A stretch of DNA of 64,000 bases from an uncultured Thermoplasmata archaeon. Its GTDB lineage: Archaea > Thermoplasmatota > Thermoplasmata > Lutacidiplasmatales > UBA184. The notes below the pieces were generated by a model. That model did not search any database, was not told where the DNA came from, and was given only the letters and a program-made list of their open reading frames with translations. Shown piece after piece: positions 31,409 to 43,692 of this stretch (its first letter is position 1; the number at the start of each line of letters is the position of its first letter). The translations under genes and the position numbers were made by a program. The DNA is taken from assembly GCA_963842165.1 (NCBI GenBank), contig CAWJFK010000023.1:110817-174816 (forward strand), read 5' to 3'.

Positions 31409-32451
31409 ATGTCCACGAGACCGTGCCCCCGGTGCGGAGGGCTCGCCCCACTGGGCGCCACTTTCTGCCCGTTCTGCGGCACCTCCCTGGCCGCCCCGCT
31501 CGCCGGCGGGCCGGGCCCGACTCCCCCTCCCCGGGCCAGTATGTCCTGTCGGGACCCCCGACCGCCCCCCCCTACGGGACGGTGGCGCCGCCGCCCTGGC
31601 CGCCAGGAGGTGGGTACGCCGGTCCGTTCCTTCCCTCCCCCAACCCTTCGACCTTGGCCATCGACCGAGGGGCGCTCACCTACCTGTTCTGGGCGGCGAT
31701 CCTCTGGCTCTGCTCCGGGGCCGTGAGCCTCGTCCTATTGTCGAGCACCACCTACCTCCGCGTCGTCACGGTCAGCGTCACCGGAACCTCGTTCGTCTTC
31801 GAACCTTTCTTCTACGTGATCGTGGTCGTCTCCGGGGCCTTCACCATCGTGCAGGTGCTTCTCCTCAGGGCCGCTTTCCGCCAACTGGCCCCGATCGACA
31901 GCCGCTTCTCCACCTCGAGCAAGCTCGCGTTGCTCCTGATCATCGGATTCGTACTCGTACTGGTCGGCCTGATCCCGCTCACGATTGGGGCCCAAGGAAT
32001 CTCCGGGTGCATCACGAACAGCACGAACTCGACCCTCTCCCCGAACTGTCCGGGGTTGGGCGACCTGGTCCTGGGGGGGCTGGTCGTCTTCGTTGGCGGG
32101 ATCCTCACGCTCATCGGTTACATCGGCTGCCTCATCGGAATCTGGCGGTTCGGTTCCCGCTACCAGACCGACCTGTTCAAGGTGGGGGCGATCCTGCTCA
32201 TCATCCCCGTCCTCAGCGTCGTCGGCGCCATCCTGGTCCTGGTCGGCTCCCACTCCGCGCGCGAGCGTCTTGGCGCGCCGGCAGCCCCGGGGACCCCGCG
32301 CTCTCTAGTTGCCGGGCCGAGCCGAGGTCGTTCGGGACCTTACGCGCGTACGATGGCGCCCGTCTGGAGGAACGTGGCGGGTACGCTGAACGACAGGCCG
32401 CGGGCGCGGGGTAGTTGGCGTCGAAGGCGGTCAGCCAGTCGCCGAAGCTAA
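31409..32451 (+). CDS. Zinc-ribbon plus DUF973-like membrane protein; indel near 31520, end uncertain
   Basis: CPRCG...FCPFCG; IGIWRFGSRYQTDLFKVGAILLIIP. Confidence 0.7.
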
Positions 32452-32716
32452 CACGAAAGCCCCTCCGACCGCCGAACCTCCCCTGAGCGGGCCGGCCGCG
32501 ATGGTGAGGAGCGGACCGAAGGAAAGTCGGCAGACGCGGGAATTCACGACAGAGTTCGAACCACTGAATCGATGAACTTGGTTCGCCTCCACGCACTCCC
32601 CGTTCCGGGGGAACGGCCGGCGCCCGCTGGGACCGTCCGAGTCGCTACGGGCTAACCCGGTGGTAACTCCGGGCAAGAGGCTATGACCGCCCGGGGCCGC
32701 GGCGGCATGCAACCCC

Positions 32717-34318
32717 ATGGCGACCCCCCACCCTCCCGGCACCGCCGTCCCGGCCGACCCCCTTCCGGAGACGGACGCCCACCGCGAGGCTCGGACCGGC
32801 CTGCGCCACCAAGGGCTCGCCGTAGCGGTGGTGTTGGGCATCATGCTCTGTCTCCTCATGGGAGCGCTGGACAATTTCGTCGTGCTCACCGCGCTGCCCA
32901 ACATCCTGTCGGACCTCCGGGCCCCGTCCGGCGGCGAAACGTTCGTCGTGAGCGCCTACCTCATCAGCTCCACCGTGGCCATCCCGATCTTCGCCAAGCT
33001 CTCCGACCTCCTCGACCGAAAGCGGGTCCTGATCGTGGGGCTCCTCATCTTCATCGGCGGGTCCGTCCTGTCCGGGGTCAGCCAGTCGTTCAACGAGCTG
33101 GTCCTGTTCCGAGCCGTCCAGGGCTTCGGGAGCGGGGATTTCTTCCCGGTCGGCCTTTCGATCGTCGCGGTCATCTTCCCCCCCGAGACCCGCGCCCGGG
33201 TGACCGGGCTGCTCTCGGGAGTGTTCGGCATCGCGACCGTCGCCGGCCCGCTCCTCGGCGCGGCGATCGTCAGCGTGACCACCTGGCGATGGGTCTTCTA
33301 CGTCAACATCCCCGTGGGGCTCGCGGGATTGGTCCTACTGCTCGTGGCCCTCGGTCCGATCCGGCCCGAACGGAAAGGTTCTTTCGATTTCCCGGGCGCC
33401 GCGGTCCTCGTTGGGTGGGTCGGGTCGCTCATGTTCGCCCTGATCGAGGTCTCGGAGGGAGGGTGGGCGTGGGCGGACCCCCGCGTGGTCTCGCTGTTGG
33501 TCGCGGCCGTGGTGTTCGTCGGCGTGTTCGTGTGGTGGGAGACGCTCCGGGCCCGGGACCCGCTGGTGCCGTTGCGTCTCTTCTCCCGGAAGATCGTGAC
33601 GGCGTGCGGCGGGACCACCTTCATCGTCGGGATGGTCCTCTTCCCGCTGGCCACGTTCCTGACCCTGTTCGTCACGTTCGTGACGCTCCAGGGACGGGGG
33701 GACGCCTCGGACACGGTGAGGGATGTGCTCTACTTCCTCGTCCTGCCGGTCGTCTTCGGGGCGGCGACCGGAGGAAACCTCCTCACGCGCGTCGCGTACC
33801 GACCGGTCGTGCTGGCCGGTCTGCTGATCTCGACGGTGGGTCTCGTGTTGCTCACGATGGTGGGGGTTTCGACCCCGACGTGGAAGCTCGCCGACAGTTT
33901 TCTCCCGGTCGGCGGGGTGGTCGCGCCCCTCATCCCGATCGGGTTCGGCATCGGCCTGACGTTCCCCGTCTTTCTGTTGGCCGTCCAGAACCAGGTGCCC
34001 GAGGGGGAGGTCGGGGCCGCGAGCGGTCTGGTCCAGTTCCTGCAGTCTCTCGGCGGCTCGATCGGGCTCACGCTCCTCTCTTCGTTCCAGCAGTCCCGCT
34101 TCCTCGCGCTCTCTCCGGCCCCTCCCGCCGGGGGCTGCGCGCCGCCGCCCAGCGCGGCGTGCATCGCCTACGGCCAGGGTCTTCTGAGCGCGAGCGCGAC
34201 CTCCTTCATGGACGTGTTCACGGTCATGCTGGTCCTCGCGGTCATCGGCCTCCTGCTCAGCCTCGCCATCTCGGGCCGATTGCCGAAAGGCAAGAAGCCG
34301 ATGGGCGGTGGTCTGTAA
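32717..34318 (+). CDS. MFS drug:H+ antiporter (DHA2, EmrB/QacA-like)
   Basis: LDNFVVLTALP, KLSDLLDRKR, RAVQGFG, WRWVFYVNIPVG. Confidence 0.92.
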   Translation: MATPHPPGTAVPADPLPETDAHREARTGLRHQGLAVAVVLGIMLCLLMGALDNFVVLTALPNILSDLRAPSGGETFVVSAYLISSTVAIPIFAKLSDLLDRKRVLIVGLLIFIGGSVLSGVSQSFNELVLFRAVQGFGSGDFFPVGLSIVAVIFPPETRARVTGLLSGVFGIATVAGPLLGAAIVSVTTWRWVFYVNIPVGLAGLVLLLVALGPIRPERKGSFDFPGAAVLVGWVGSLMFALIEVSEGGWAWADPRVVSLLVAAVVFVGVFVWWETLRARDPLVPLRLFSRKIVTACGGTTFIVGMVLFPLATFLTLFVTFVTLQGRGDASDTVRDVLYFLVLPVVFGAATGGNLLTRVAYRPVVLAGLLISTVGLVLLTMVGVSTPTWKLADSFLPVGGVVAPLIPIGFGIGLTFPVFLLAVQNQVPEGEVGAASGLVQFLQSLGGSIGLTLLSSFQQSRFLALSPAPPAGGCAPPPSAACIAYGQGLLSASATSFMDVFTVMLVLAVIGLLLSLAISGRLPKGKKPMGGGL

Positions 34319-34380
34319 GGGGTGCGGACGAGGGGGGCTCCCGCGTCAGTGCGAGGTCGACCTCCTCTGTGGAGTTCTCG

Positions 34381-35130
34381 TCAGACGATCCCGTCGTGAA
34401 ACTGGATGCTGGCGTGGCTGCCGTTGCAGAAAGGCTTGTTCGCGGAGGCGCCGCATCGGCACAGTGCGACCCGATTGCGTAGCTCGTACGGTTTCCCGTC
34501 CTCGGACTCGATCCGTATTCCACCCCGGACCCAGAGCGGTCCGCTGACGCCCAACGCCGGGTCTTCGACCACGCCAATGGACGGTGGGAGGTCCGGTTCA
34601 ATCGCCTTTCGGGCCTTCTTGTCGTGCAGGACGAGCCGCCCACCGGGGCACCTCATCCCCTCCCGGATCGCGAGCTTTCGGGCGGCGGGGTCGTCGGACT
34701 GCCCCACGAGGTTCCAGATCTTCCCGCCGGGGTCGCAGAACCTTGCGAAGGCGCAGAGGACCTCTGCGTCTTCGAGCGCCAGCGTCGGGCCGTCGATCGT
34801 CTCCGCCTGGCGCGCATAGGGCTGCCGGGTCGCCGTCTCCGTGCCATCGAAGTGGACGAGTTCGTGGGTCCCGTCACAGTACGGTTTGTTCTTCGAGCGG
34901 CCGCACCGGCAGAGCTCGTACTCCGGACCGGCCTCGAGGGTCCGGGTCTCCTCCCAGTTCCATGAGAGGCCCTCCGCGTTGGGACGGATCACCTGCACCG
35001 AGAGCGGCACGTTCCCCGTGACGCGGTAGGGCCCATTTCGGGTCACGACGATCTTCATCCCAGAAGAGTTGGCCCGCGACTTAGCCGGCGATAGCTTCGA
35101 CGTGACTTTCGAGGAGGGCAATGGATTCAT
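34381..35130 (-). CDS. Double CDGSH iron-sulfur domain protein
   Basis: LCRCGRSKNKPYCDGTH, CAFARFCD, LCRCGASANKPFCNGSH. Confidence 0.92.
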   Translation of the reverse strand: MNPLPSSKVTSKLSPAKSRANSSGMKIVVTRNGPYRVTGNVPLSVQVIRPNAEGLSWNWEETRTLEAGPEYELCRCGRSKNKPYCDGTHELVHFDGTETATRQPYARQAETIDGPTLALEDAEVLCAFARFCDPGGKIWNLVGQSDDPAARKLAIREGMRCPGGRLVLHDKKARKAIEPDLPPSIGVVEDPALGVSGPLWVRGGIRIESEDGKPYELRNRVALCRCGASANKPFCNGSHASIQFHDGIV

Positions 35131-35476
35131 TCCGACCCCTGCGAGCGAAAAGGGAAGTCGAGCCCCGAGATGAACCTGGCGAATGGTGAATCCCAGCCCG
35201 GGGAGCCCAGGCCCGGCTCACCAGGGCGGTAGGGGGAATCGGCCCGTTGGTCCGGACGCGTGGGAATTCCAGCGCGCCTATCTCTCGGAGGGACACCGGG
35301 GCCCGGACCTGCGGCGGCGGGTGCCCCTGACCCAGGGTCTCCGGTAAAGGCGGAGCGCTCGACCGCAGAATATCGCGTCGAACATCAGAGCTGAATCTGC
35401 TCCGACCCGACCTGTTCCGGCGCCGGAACTGCGGCTCAATTCGGTCCGAAATCTGAGAGCCCTTTTCTAGAAAGAT

Positions 35477-38400
35477 GTGATGCGGGCTAACATGACGCAG
35501 GGTCGTCGGAACCTCTGGGTCGCGTTGGCCGTTGCCGCGTTAATGGTCGTCTCCTCGAGCCTGGTGATCGGGGGAGCGATTGCCCCCCTCACTCAGGCTA
35601 CGGCGGCGTCGATCACTCCATCGCCCGCCCCTGCAGCAAATTCTGCCTCGATATCCGCGGCTCCGACGCATGAGGGTCTTGGCGTTGACTCGGCCCGGGC
35701 CGCTACGGTGCAAGCGGACGAACAGGCTCTCGCGGCCAACGGGTACTCTTCCTCGCAGTTCCTCCCTCCGAACCTCCATCAAGCTCCTCCCATGTCGCAA
35801 ACGGCCGGTGTCGTTACGCCGCTTTACTCGGTGGCGCCGGCTCCCACCGGAGTCGCCTACTACGGACTCAACGACACGAACGGCCAGGTGGTCGCTTCCA
35901 CTGTAAACACCACGAGCCTTCAGGCGACGTTCTCGACGAGCGATCCGATCGGCGTTCAGACCGAGGGGTTTGATTTCGGGACTCAAACGGCGTACGGCGC
36001 CCAGCTGAACGCCGTCCTCACGAACGTTACTCTTTTCGGGCAAACCTCGTTCCCCGCCAACCCCAACGCGCCGACCGGGTGCACGATTGGAACGGGCAAT
36101 GCCCCGAACTGCCCGAACGAGTTCTGGTTGCAGAACGTGATCGGCTACAACACGGCGACCCACGTGCTCTCCTTCGAAAACAACATCTGGAACTTCTCCA
36201 ACCCCTCGGGGGCCTGGTCCAGTGGAACGAACGCCGTCCAAGGCTTCTCCACCCCTCGCGGCGGATTCTACGCGGTGGGGGGTCCATCCATCACGATCTC
36301 CTATCCGTTCACCCTCGCCCTCTACCTCAACACCACGCGGGGTCCCTGCCATCTGGATACCACTCCCGGTTCGGGGGTCCCGTCGTGCGGCACCGTTAGC
36401 ACGACCGCACCGGTGAACGAAGTGTTCTTCAACTACACCGTCTGGAATTCGCTCGGGCAGAAGGTCTGCCCGGGGAGCCCGGGAACCGGCAAGGTCTGCG
36501 GCGAATACGATGACGTCTTCTTCAATTCGGTCAGCCCGTCGGTCAACCCGCTCGGAGTTCCGGAGTACGGACCGAGTGGCCGGATCGGCTCCGCCACGAT
36601 ACAGGCCAACGGGAGCTCGTACGATCCGCTCGGTCTTACCAACGATTACGAAATGGACTGGGGCATTGGATCCAGTAGCGGTGCCACAACGAACGTCGTC
36701 TACGCCGACGCGACGGTCGGAATCAACTACTGTACCTCGGCGGACACGACCCCCACCGGATCTTGCACTGCCTACAGCACCCCCCCCGCGGCGTACGACT
36801 ACGGTGGGGAAACGGGGGAGACCAACACTGGGGCATTGAGCTTCTGGGCCCCGCAGGCCACCGCGGGGGGAGCCCCGTTGTATGTTGCGACGGGGACTCC
36901 GGTCGCACACTTCGTGATGGGACCTTCTCTGCTGCTCGGACTCTGGAACGCGACCGGCGGCCCCTATCCGGCTGGGTCCGGGGCATATCCGCTCAATTTC
37001 GCGAGCATCTCCCCCGCCAACGCCTGGGTGGGGATCGCACCGGGGACGAACCAGACCAACCAGTCGCTGTTCCAAGTGGCTCCGACGTTCGGATGGTACT
37101 CCGGATGGTCCGGTTCGGGAGGCGCACCCACACCCACAACGTTGGGCCAGAACCTGTACCTCCCCCCGGGCCTCTACACTGTCGAAGTGCTGTTGAGCGG
37201 CTACAACCCGTACATCGGCAACGTGGACCTTCGAACCTCAGGACAGACTCCCGTGATTTCCCTAACCCACAACCTGGGAACGGGAGTCTATACTCCCCTG
37301 TGGGCCTACAGTAGCTCCGACCTAGCGAACATCTCGCTCAACTACGGAGGGTTCGGTCTCGGGAGCCCAGGAAACCCATACCTCCTGCAGAACGCCGCTC
37401 CTACCGTCGGCGCGCCGTTCGGAGTGTCCGGTTCGGTCTCCTGGCTCTTTTCGAACCTCAACGACTACCTCTTTACGACGTGGATTGGCGAGTACATCAA
37501 TGCGACGGCATCCTACGCAGAATCGAATCCCGGGCCGTCGTTCCTGATGGACTACCCCAGCTGGCAGGTCCCGACCCTGCTCTTCTTCGGGGTGCCGACG
37601 ACCGACCAGTTCCAGTTTTACTTCTACCACACCCAGAACTTCACGCTCGCCGGAACGTCCCACATCTACGCGTGGGCCAACAGCCAGGCCACCACGCTCT
37701 ACAGCGTCGTCTGCAATGCGTGTCACAACGACCTGATTGCCGACAACGCGTTCGCGGTGTCGGACCGGGGGCTCGAGTTCATCAACGGGGGAGGAACCCT
37801 CCCGCTCGGAAATGCCCTGCTGAATACTCGGAACGTGGTCTGGGGGAATACCTTCGTCCCCGACCCCCAACCCGCGTTCCCGGGACTGATCTCGCCCTCG
37901 ACAGGGCTGGTCGCGAGCGAGAGCTTTGACCGCATCTTTAACAACGAGTTCTACACCAACGGGACGGCCACGTCGTCGGGAACGAACTCGAACTTCTGGA
38001 ACGTGACCTGCCAGTCGGGCTACGCGCCCCTGACCCAATCCTCGTACCCCGGATCGATTGTCTGCCAGCCGGGGTCGTTCGTCACTTCCTATCTGGGGTT
38101 CGCCCTCACCGGCAGCATCATCGGCACGGCCTACCAGGGTGGGAACTTCTGGTTCAATTACGGGAACGCGGCCAACCCGTTCGCCAACATCCCTTACGTG
38201 GCGCGCTCGTCCAGCATCTCGTCCTCTGCAGGAATCGCCGCGTCGGCGAACCCATACCGCGGCGACTACGCCCCGCTCATCTCGTACACGGTTTACGACC
38301 CGAACTTTGCCGAGACCGGGCTACCGATCTCGGGCACCGGCACCACCAGTGCGACGGCGTTCCAAGTGCGTGTAGTGAACGCGACGGGGTACGGATGGCT

Positions 38401-41400
38401 GAACGACACCCAGACCGCCGTGCCCACGGCGCTCTGCTCCGGCAACCCGTGCGTAGTGTTCTATCTACCCTCCGGAAGTTACACCTATACCGGATTAAGT
38501 GGCCTGACGGGCACGCTCGCATCGGCCGCGAACCCCGCGACCGGCTCGTTCTCGATCAGCGGTGCCCCGGTCGGGCTCGTGACGACCTTCGCCTTCGGTC
38601 TGTCGCACGCCGTGACATTCACCGAGACCGGCCTCCCGAGCGGAACGCACTGGTCGGTCAGCATCACCGGCCAAACGACGCTGACCAGCACGACATCATC
38701 GATCGTGTTCAACCTGGCTAACGGTGGGTACCTCTACACGGTCGCGGGAGTGACGGGGTATCTCACAACCAACCCGTCCGGCACCGTCACTGTGAGCGGA
38801 GCGGCCGTTCCGGTCAGCGTCCCCTTCTACCCGCTGCTGACCCCGGCGGGCGCCCCCTCGGTCAGCGCTCCCGCGCTCGACGTCGACCAAGCGCTTCTCG
38901 TAACGGGAACGATCCCGACGACCGGAGTTCCGAGCTACGCCTGGCAATGGCTGGTGTCGGTGAACGGAGGCTCGTACGCCTCGGCCACCCAGTGCGCGGC
39001 CAACAGCGGCTCTGGAGCGTCCGCGGGCGCGACCGAGTCCTGCTCGGTCACTGGCGGCACGCTCACGATCGGCGACACGTACGCGTTCGAGATGCAAGTC
39101 ACGGATAGTGCGTCGGAGAGCCAGACGTCGATCGCGTCTCCGACCGTGACCGTCGCGTCCGCCCTCACGGCCCCGGCGGCGCCGGCCGTCAGCGCCACGA
39201 CGCTCGACACCGACCAGGTCCTGTCCGTCACGGGAACCATCCCTTCGACCGGGACCTCGTCGTATGCCTGGACGTGGCTCAACTCGGTGAATGGGGGATC
39301 CTACGCCACCGCCACCCTGTGCTCGACCAACGGCGGGGTGGGCGCGGCTGCCGGAGCACCCGAGACCTGCTCGGTTCCCTCCGGCTCGCTCGCGGGAGGC
39401 GACACGTATGCCTTCGAGCTCCAGGTCGCGGACAGCGCTACCTCGCCGGAGACGCAGACGTCAACCGGATCGGCCACGGTGACCGTCGCGCCCGCCTTGA
39501 CCGCCCCCGGGGCGCCGGTCGTGAGTGCGACCGCGCTGGACGGGGACCAAGCGCTCACGGTGACCGGAACGATCCCTTCCACCGGCACCCCCTCCTATGC
39601 GTGGACCTGGCTGGTGTCGGTGAACGGAGGGTCGTTCGCCGCCGCCACCCAGTGTGCCGTCGATGGCGGAACCGGCGCCTCGGGTGGGGCGATCGTCACC
39701 TGTGCGATCTCGGGCGGAACGCTCGTGACCGGGGACTACTATGCGTTCGAACTACAGGTTACCGACGGTGCGAGCTCGGGCGAGACCCAGACATCGTCCG
39801 CCTCCTCGACCGTGACCGTCGCCACCTCGTTGACGTCCCCTGCGGCTCCCTCCGTGAGTGCGACCTCGCTGGACGTCGACCAAGCGCTGACGGCGACGGG
39901 CACCATCCCCTCGACGGGAACCGCCCCGTACGCGTGGTCCTGGTTGGTCTCGGTGAACGGCGGCTCCTTCTCGAGCGCCAGCCTGTGCGCCACGAATGGC
40001 GGCGCCGGAGCCGGGGCGCTCGCGACTGGAGACCTGCTCGGTCACCGGAGGCTCGTTGACGGTCGGGAACAACTACGCATTCGAGCTTCAGGTCACGGAC
40101 AGTGCGACCACGACCGAGACCGCCACCTCGACGACCTCACCTACGGTGACGGTATCATCGGCGCTCACGGCGCCCGCGGCCCCGTCGGTGGGCGCGACAT
40201 CGTTGGACGTCGACCAGACCCTCGGCGTGACGGGCTCGGTCCCCTCCACGGGGACGTCGCCGGTCAGCTGGACGTGGCTGGTGTCGGTGAACGGCGGCTC
40301 GTACGGCACCGCGACCCAGTGCACCGTCAGCAGCGGCACGGGGTCCGGCCCGTTCGGTTGCTCGATCCCCGGGTAGTACGCTCACTGCCGGCGACATGTA
40401 CGCCTTCGAGTTGCAGGTCACGGACAGCGCGACCTCCGCGGAGACGCAGACCTCCGGCGCGTCATCCTTGGTGACCGTGGCGTCGGCCTTGACGGCCCCA
40501 GGCACACCGATAGGGAGCGCAACGGCGCTGGATGTCAACCAAGCGCTCGCTCTGACGGGAACCGTCCCCGTGACCGGAACAGCCCCGTACTCTTGGACCT
40601 GGCTCGTGTCGGTCAACGGCGGCTCGTATGCCGCCGCGACCGAGTGCGCTGTGAGTGGCGGATCCGGAGCCTCGGCGGGAGCGACGGAGACCTGCTTGGT
40701 CGGGGCGAACGTGCTCACGGTGGGCGACACGTACACGTTCGAGCTGTTCGTCACCGATTCGGCGCAGACGGCCGAGACCCAGACCTCGAGCCCCTCCGCT
40801 ACGGCGACCGTGGCCTCGGTGCTCAAGGCTCCCTCCTCACCGACCCCGAACCGCCCCGCCTTGGACGCTGACCAGGTATTGACCGTCTCCGGAACGATTC
40901 CCTCGACCGGAACGGCGCCGTACTCCTGGACCTGGCTGGTCTCCGTCAACAGTGGCGCGTTCGTCCTGGCGGCGCAGTGCTCGGCGAGCACCGGTACGGG
41001 AGCCTCGGCCGGTGCGGTCGTCAAGTGCACGATCGCAGGCGGAACGCTGACGGTCGGAAGCTACTACAACTTCGAGCTGGAGGTCACCGACAGCGCCACC
41101 GCGGGGGAGACGCAGACCTCGCCGACGTCCCTTCAGACGGTGACCGTGTCGTCGGCGATGGCGGCTCTCGCGACTCCGTCCGTGAGCGCGACCCGGTTGG
41201 ATGTGAACCAAGCGTTGACCGTGACCGGGACGGTCCCCTCCACCGGAACGTCCCCGTATGCCTGGACTTGGATGGTGTCGGTGAACGGTGGGTCGTACGG
41301 CGCCGCAACGGTTTGCAGCGTCCCCAGCGGTACGGGAGCCTCGGGAGGTGCGACCGTGACCTGCTCGATCGCCGCCGGAGCCCTGACGGTCGGAGACCAC

Positions 41401-41823
41401 TACAACTTCAAGCTGAAGGTCACCGACAGCGCGAGCGTGGCGGAGAAGCAGACCTCGTCCGCGTCCGCAAAGGTGACCGTGAAGTCGGCGCTCACTGTGC
41501 CGGGGACTCCGAAGGTGAACCACACTCGACTCGTCGTGAGTCAGTTGTTGACCGTGACCGGCAAGATCCCCTCCGCGGGTACCGCGCCGTTCGCATGGGA
41601 GTGGCTGGTGTCCATCAACGGAGGGGTGTACACGGTCGCGACCCAATGCACGGCGAACAGCGGCACCGGAGCCGCCTCGGGGGCGACCATCACCTGCACG
41701 GTCTCGGGAGGGACGCTGACCGTAGGCGATACCTATCAGTTCGAGCTCAGCGTGACGGACAGCGCGACGTCGCCCGAAACTGCAGTCTCGGCGGCATCGC
41801 GGACGGTCATGGTGGTCGCTTAA
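35477..41823 (+). CDS. Giant secreted thermopsin-family (peptidase A5) protein, about 2,100 aa; indels near 40015 and 40375
   Basis: Signal peptide; PAPTGVAYYG, QLNAVL, FWLQNVI, YDYGGETGET; GGNFWFNY; FTETGLPSGT repeat; nine C-terminal repeats. Confidence 0.85.
38837..41820 (+). repeat. Nine tandem ~330-bp coding repeats (109-112 aa)
   Basis: Unit LTAPxAPxVSATxLDVDQxLTVTGTIPSTGTxPYxWTWLVSVNGGSYxxATQC...C...GDTYxFELQVTDSA. Confidence 0.9.
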
Positions 41824-42120
41824 GACGAGAGAACGACCCTCCCAAACCCATTCCCCCCACCCCGGGCCGGGCGCCCGGTCGCTCCCGGGTGGCGGCGGCG
41901 GGGCCCGTTGACGACCACCCTGCGGTGGGCTTGGGAAGGTGGCCTTCGAACCGAGTTCCCAGCCCCGCGTCGGCCGGAGCCGAGGGGAATCTCGGATGGA
42001 TGATTCGGACCCGCCTCGGTGGCGCACTCGCCCTCCCGGCCGAGCGTCGGACCACGGCACGACGCGACAGGACCGACCCAGGGGTCAGAGCCATAACCCC
42101 CGACGCCCCCACCTCGGACC

Positions 42121-42930
42121 GTGCCTCGACCGGTCCCCCGACGGGTCCAGAAACGCGTCTTCGGGCGGGATCCCGAGGCCTACGACCGCGCCCGCCTCGG
42201 GTACCCGAAGCGGGTCTATGACGTTCTGACGGCGCGGTGTGGCCTTCGTCCGGGAACGGCGGTCTTCGAGATCGGGCCGGGCACCGGAAAGGCGACGCGG
42301 GAGCTCCTCAAGCTCGGGGCCGACCCGATCACCCTCATTGAACCCGACCGACGGCTCGCTCGCTACTTGCGGCAGCGACTGAGGGCCCGGGAGGGCCGGG
42401 TCCGGATCGCGGTCCAGCCGATCGAGCGGGCCAGCCTCCCGAATCAGGAGTTCGATCTCGGTGTGGCTGCCACCAGCTTTCACTGGCTACCCGAGCGCCT
42501 CGCCCTCCGAAAGGTAGCGCGCGCCCTCAAACCGGGAGGTTGGTGGGCTGCGTGGAACAACTATCATGGAGATCCCGCCCGCCCAACCGCCTTCCATCAC
42601 GCCCTCCAGCCCCTCTACCGGGAGTTCTTCGTGCAGGCTGACCTCCTGCCCACGAAGGCACAGGCCCGGAAGGCTCGCAGGAACCGTCTTCTCGCTCTCG
42701 GATCGGTGGGCGCCTTCGACCGGATCTCCAGGGAGGACATTCGGTGGACGATTTCCCTCGGGACGCGCCGGGTCCAGGCGCTCTGGGGGTCGTTCTCCGA
42801 GATCGTCACGCTCCCCCCAAGGGCGCGAGAGCGGTTTCTCACGGAGCTCGGAAGGTTGGTCGACGACCGATTCGGTGGCACGGTCGAGATACCGATTCTG
42901 ACCCCTCTCTACACCGCCCGCCGGGAGTGA
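42121..42930 (+). CDS. Class I SAM-dependent methyltransferase
   Basis: YDRARLGYP, VFEIGPGTGKAT, AATSFHW, LKPGG. Confidence 0.9.
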   Translation: MPRPVPRRVQKRVFGRDPEAYDRARLGYPKRVYDVLTARCGLRPGTAVFEIGPGTGKATRELLKLGADPITLIEPDRRLARYLRQRLRAREGRVRIAVQPIERASLPNQEFDLGVAATSFHWLPERLALRKVARALKPGGWWAAWNNYHGDPARPTAFHHALQPLYREFFVQADLLPTKAQARKARRNRLLALGSVGAFDRISREDIRWTISLGTRRVQALWGSFSEIVTLPPRARERFLTELGRLVDDRFGGTVEIPILTPLYTARRE

Positions 42931-43032
42931 AGCCAGCTCGGACCGGCCCGACGGTGGCCCGACCGATCACCGTCGTATGCGGTCCCCGCCGGACCCCAGG
43001 GGGCACGGGGGGCGGCCAGAAAGGTGGGTCGA

Positions 43033-43050
43033 CGGGCCCGAGGGGACTCG
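43033..43050 (-). repeat. tRNA 3'-end fragment, putative att site
   Basis: Minus strand CGAGT-CCCCT-CGGGCCC-G fits tRNA positions 56-73; coincides with the composition change. Confidence 0.65.
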
Positions 43051-43692
43051 GATGCTTGTGAGTTTGAATAGCGGGGCCCGTATCAGTCTGAAATCGCAGC
43101 CCGTTGCTGATTGTCACCTCGCTTTTCCAGCCTCTCATTTCGCTATGACGGTCACCAGAGTAACGTTCGTCGACGATTTCTCTAAGACAGGCAGGGTCCC
43201 TGTTCTGCTCGATCTGCATGGGCGAGGGTGGGATTGATGCGCTCGAGTTCGTACGCGCTTCGGGGCCGATCCGAGCCAAGCAGACGGAGCCGCGATCTCG
43301 ACCCTCCAAGCGCGGCCGCACTCTGCCAACGCCATCAAGGCCGATAGAATTTGCCAATCCCTCAGACTTCATCTTTCCTCCCTCATTGGCAGATCCGAGC
43401 GGCCATGGAAGTTGGCCCGGGAGTTCCAATCTGTCGCGGGACAACTTGAGCCCGGGACGTTTATTGGCTGCAGCTCAAGCGTTGCCCGACTCGCCTCTGG
43501 CGGATGCCATCGTTGCCACGCTCTCGGAACGGAACCCGTCCGTCAGAGAAGCGGTCACCTGGATCGCGTTGTTTCAACGGAGTGTTCGACATCCCAGGGC
43601 GTAGATAGTCACCTCCCGGCTACTCGCGCCGCCCAAGGGCTCCAGTGCTAATCACTGCGAAGCACCAACCGCTTAGGGCTTCACCTTAATAT

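Noticed and set aside
32400-32680. Possible RNase P or other structured RNA (GAAGGAAAGTCGG)
   Set aside because: Only partial resemblance to the GAGGAAAGTCC motif and no complementary 3' P4 strand found; an Infernal/Rfam search would settle it.
38837-41820. CRISPR array or DGR template/variable repeats
   Set aside because: Repeats are ~330-bp in-frame coding units with synonymous divergence; no spacers, cas genes or reverse transcriptase.
43051-43690. Integrase or real genes next to the att site
   Set aside because: Short ORFs show no recombinase motifs or recognisable domains; left uncalled.
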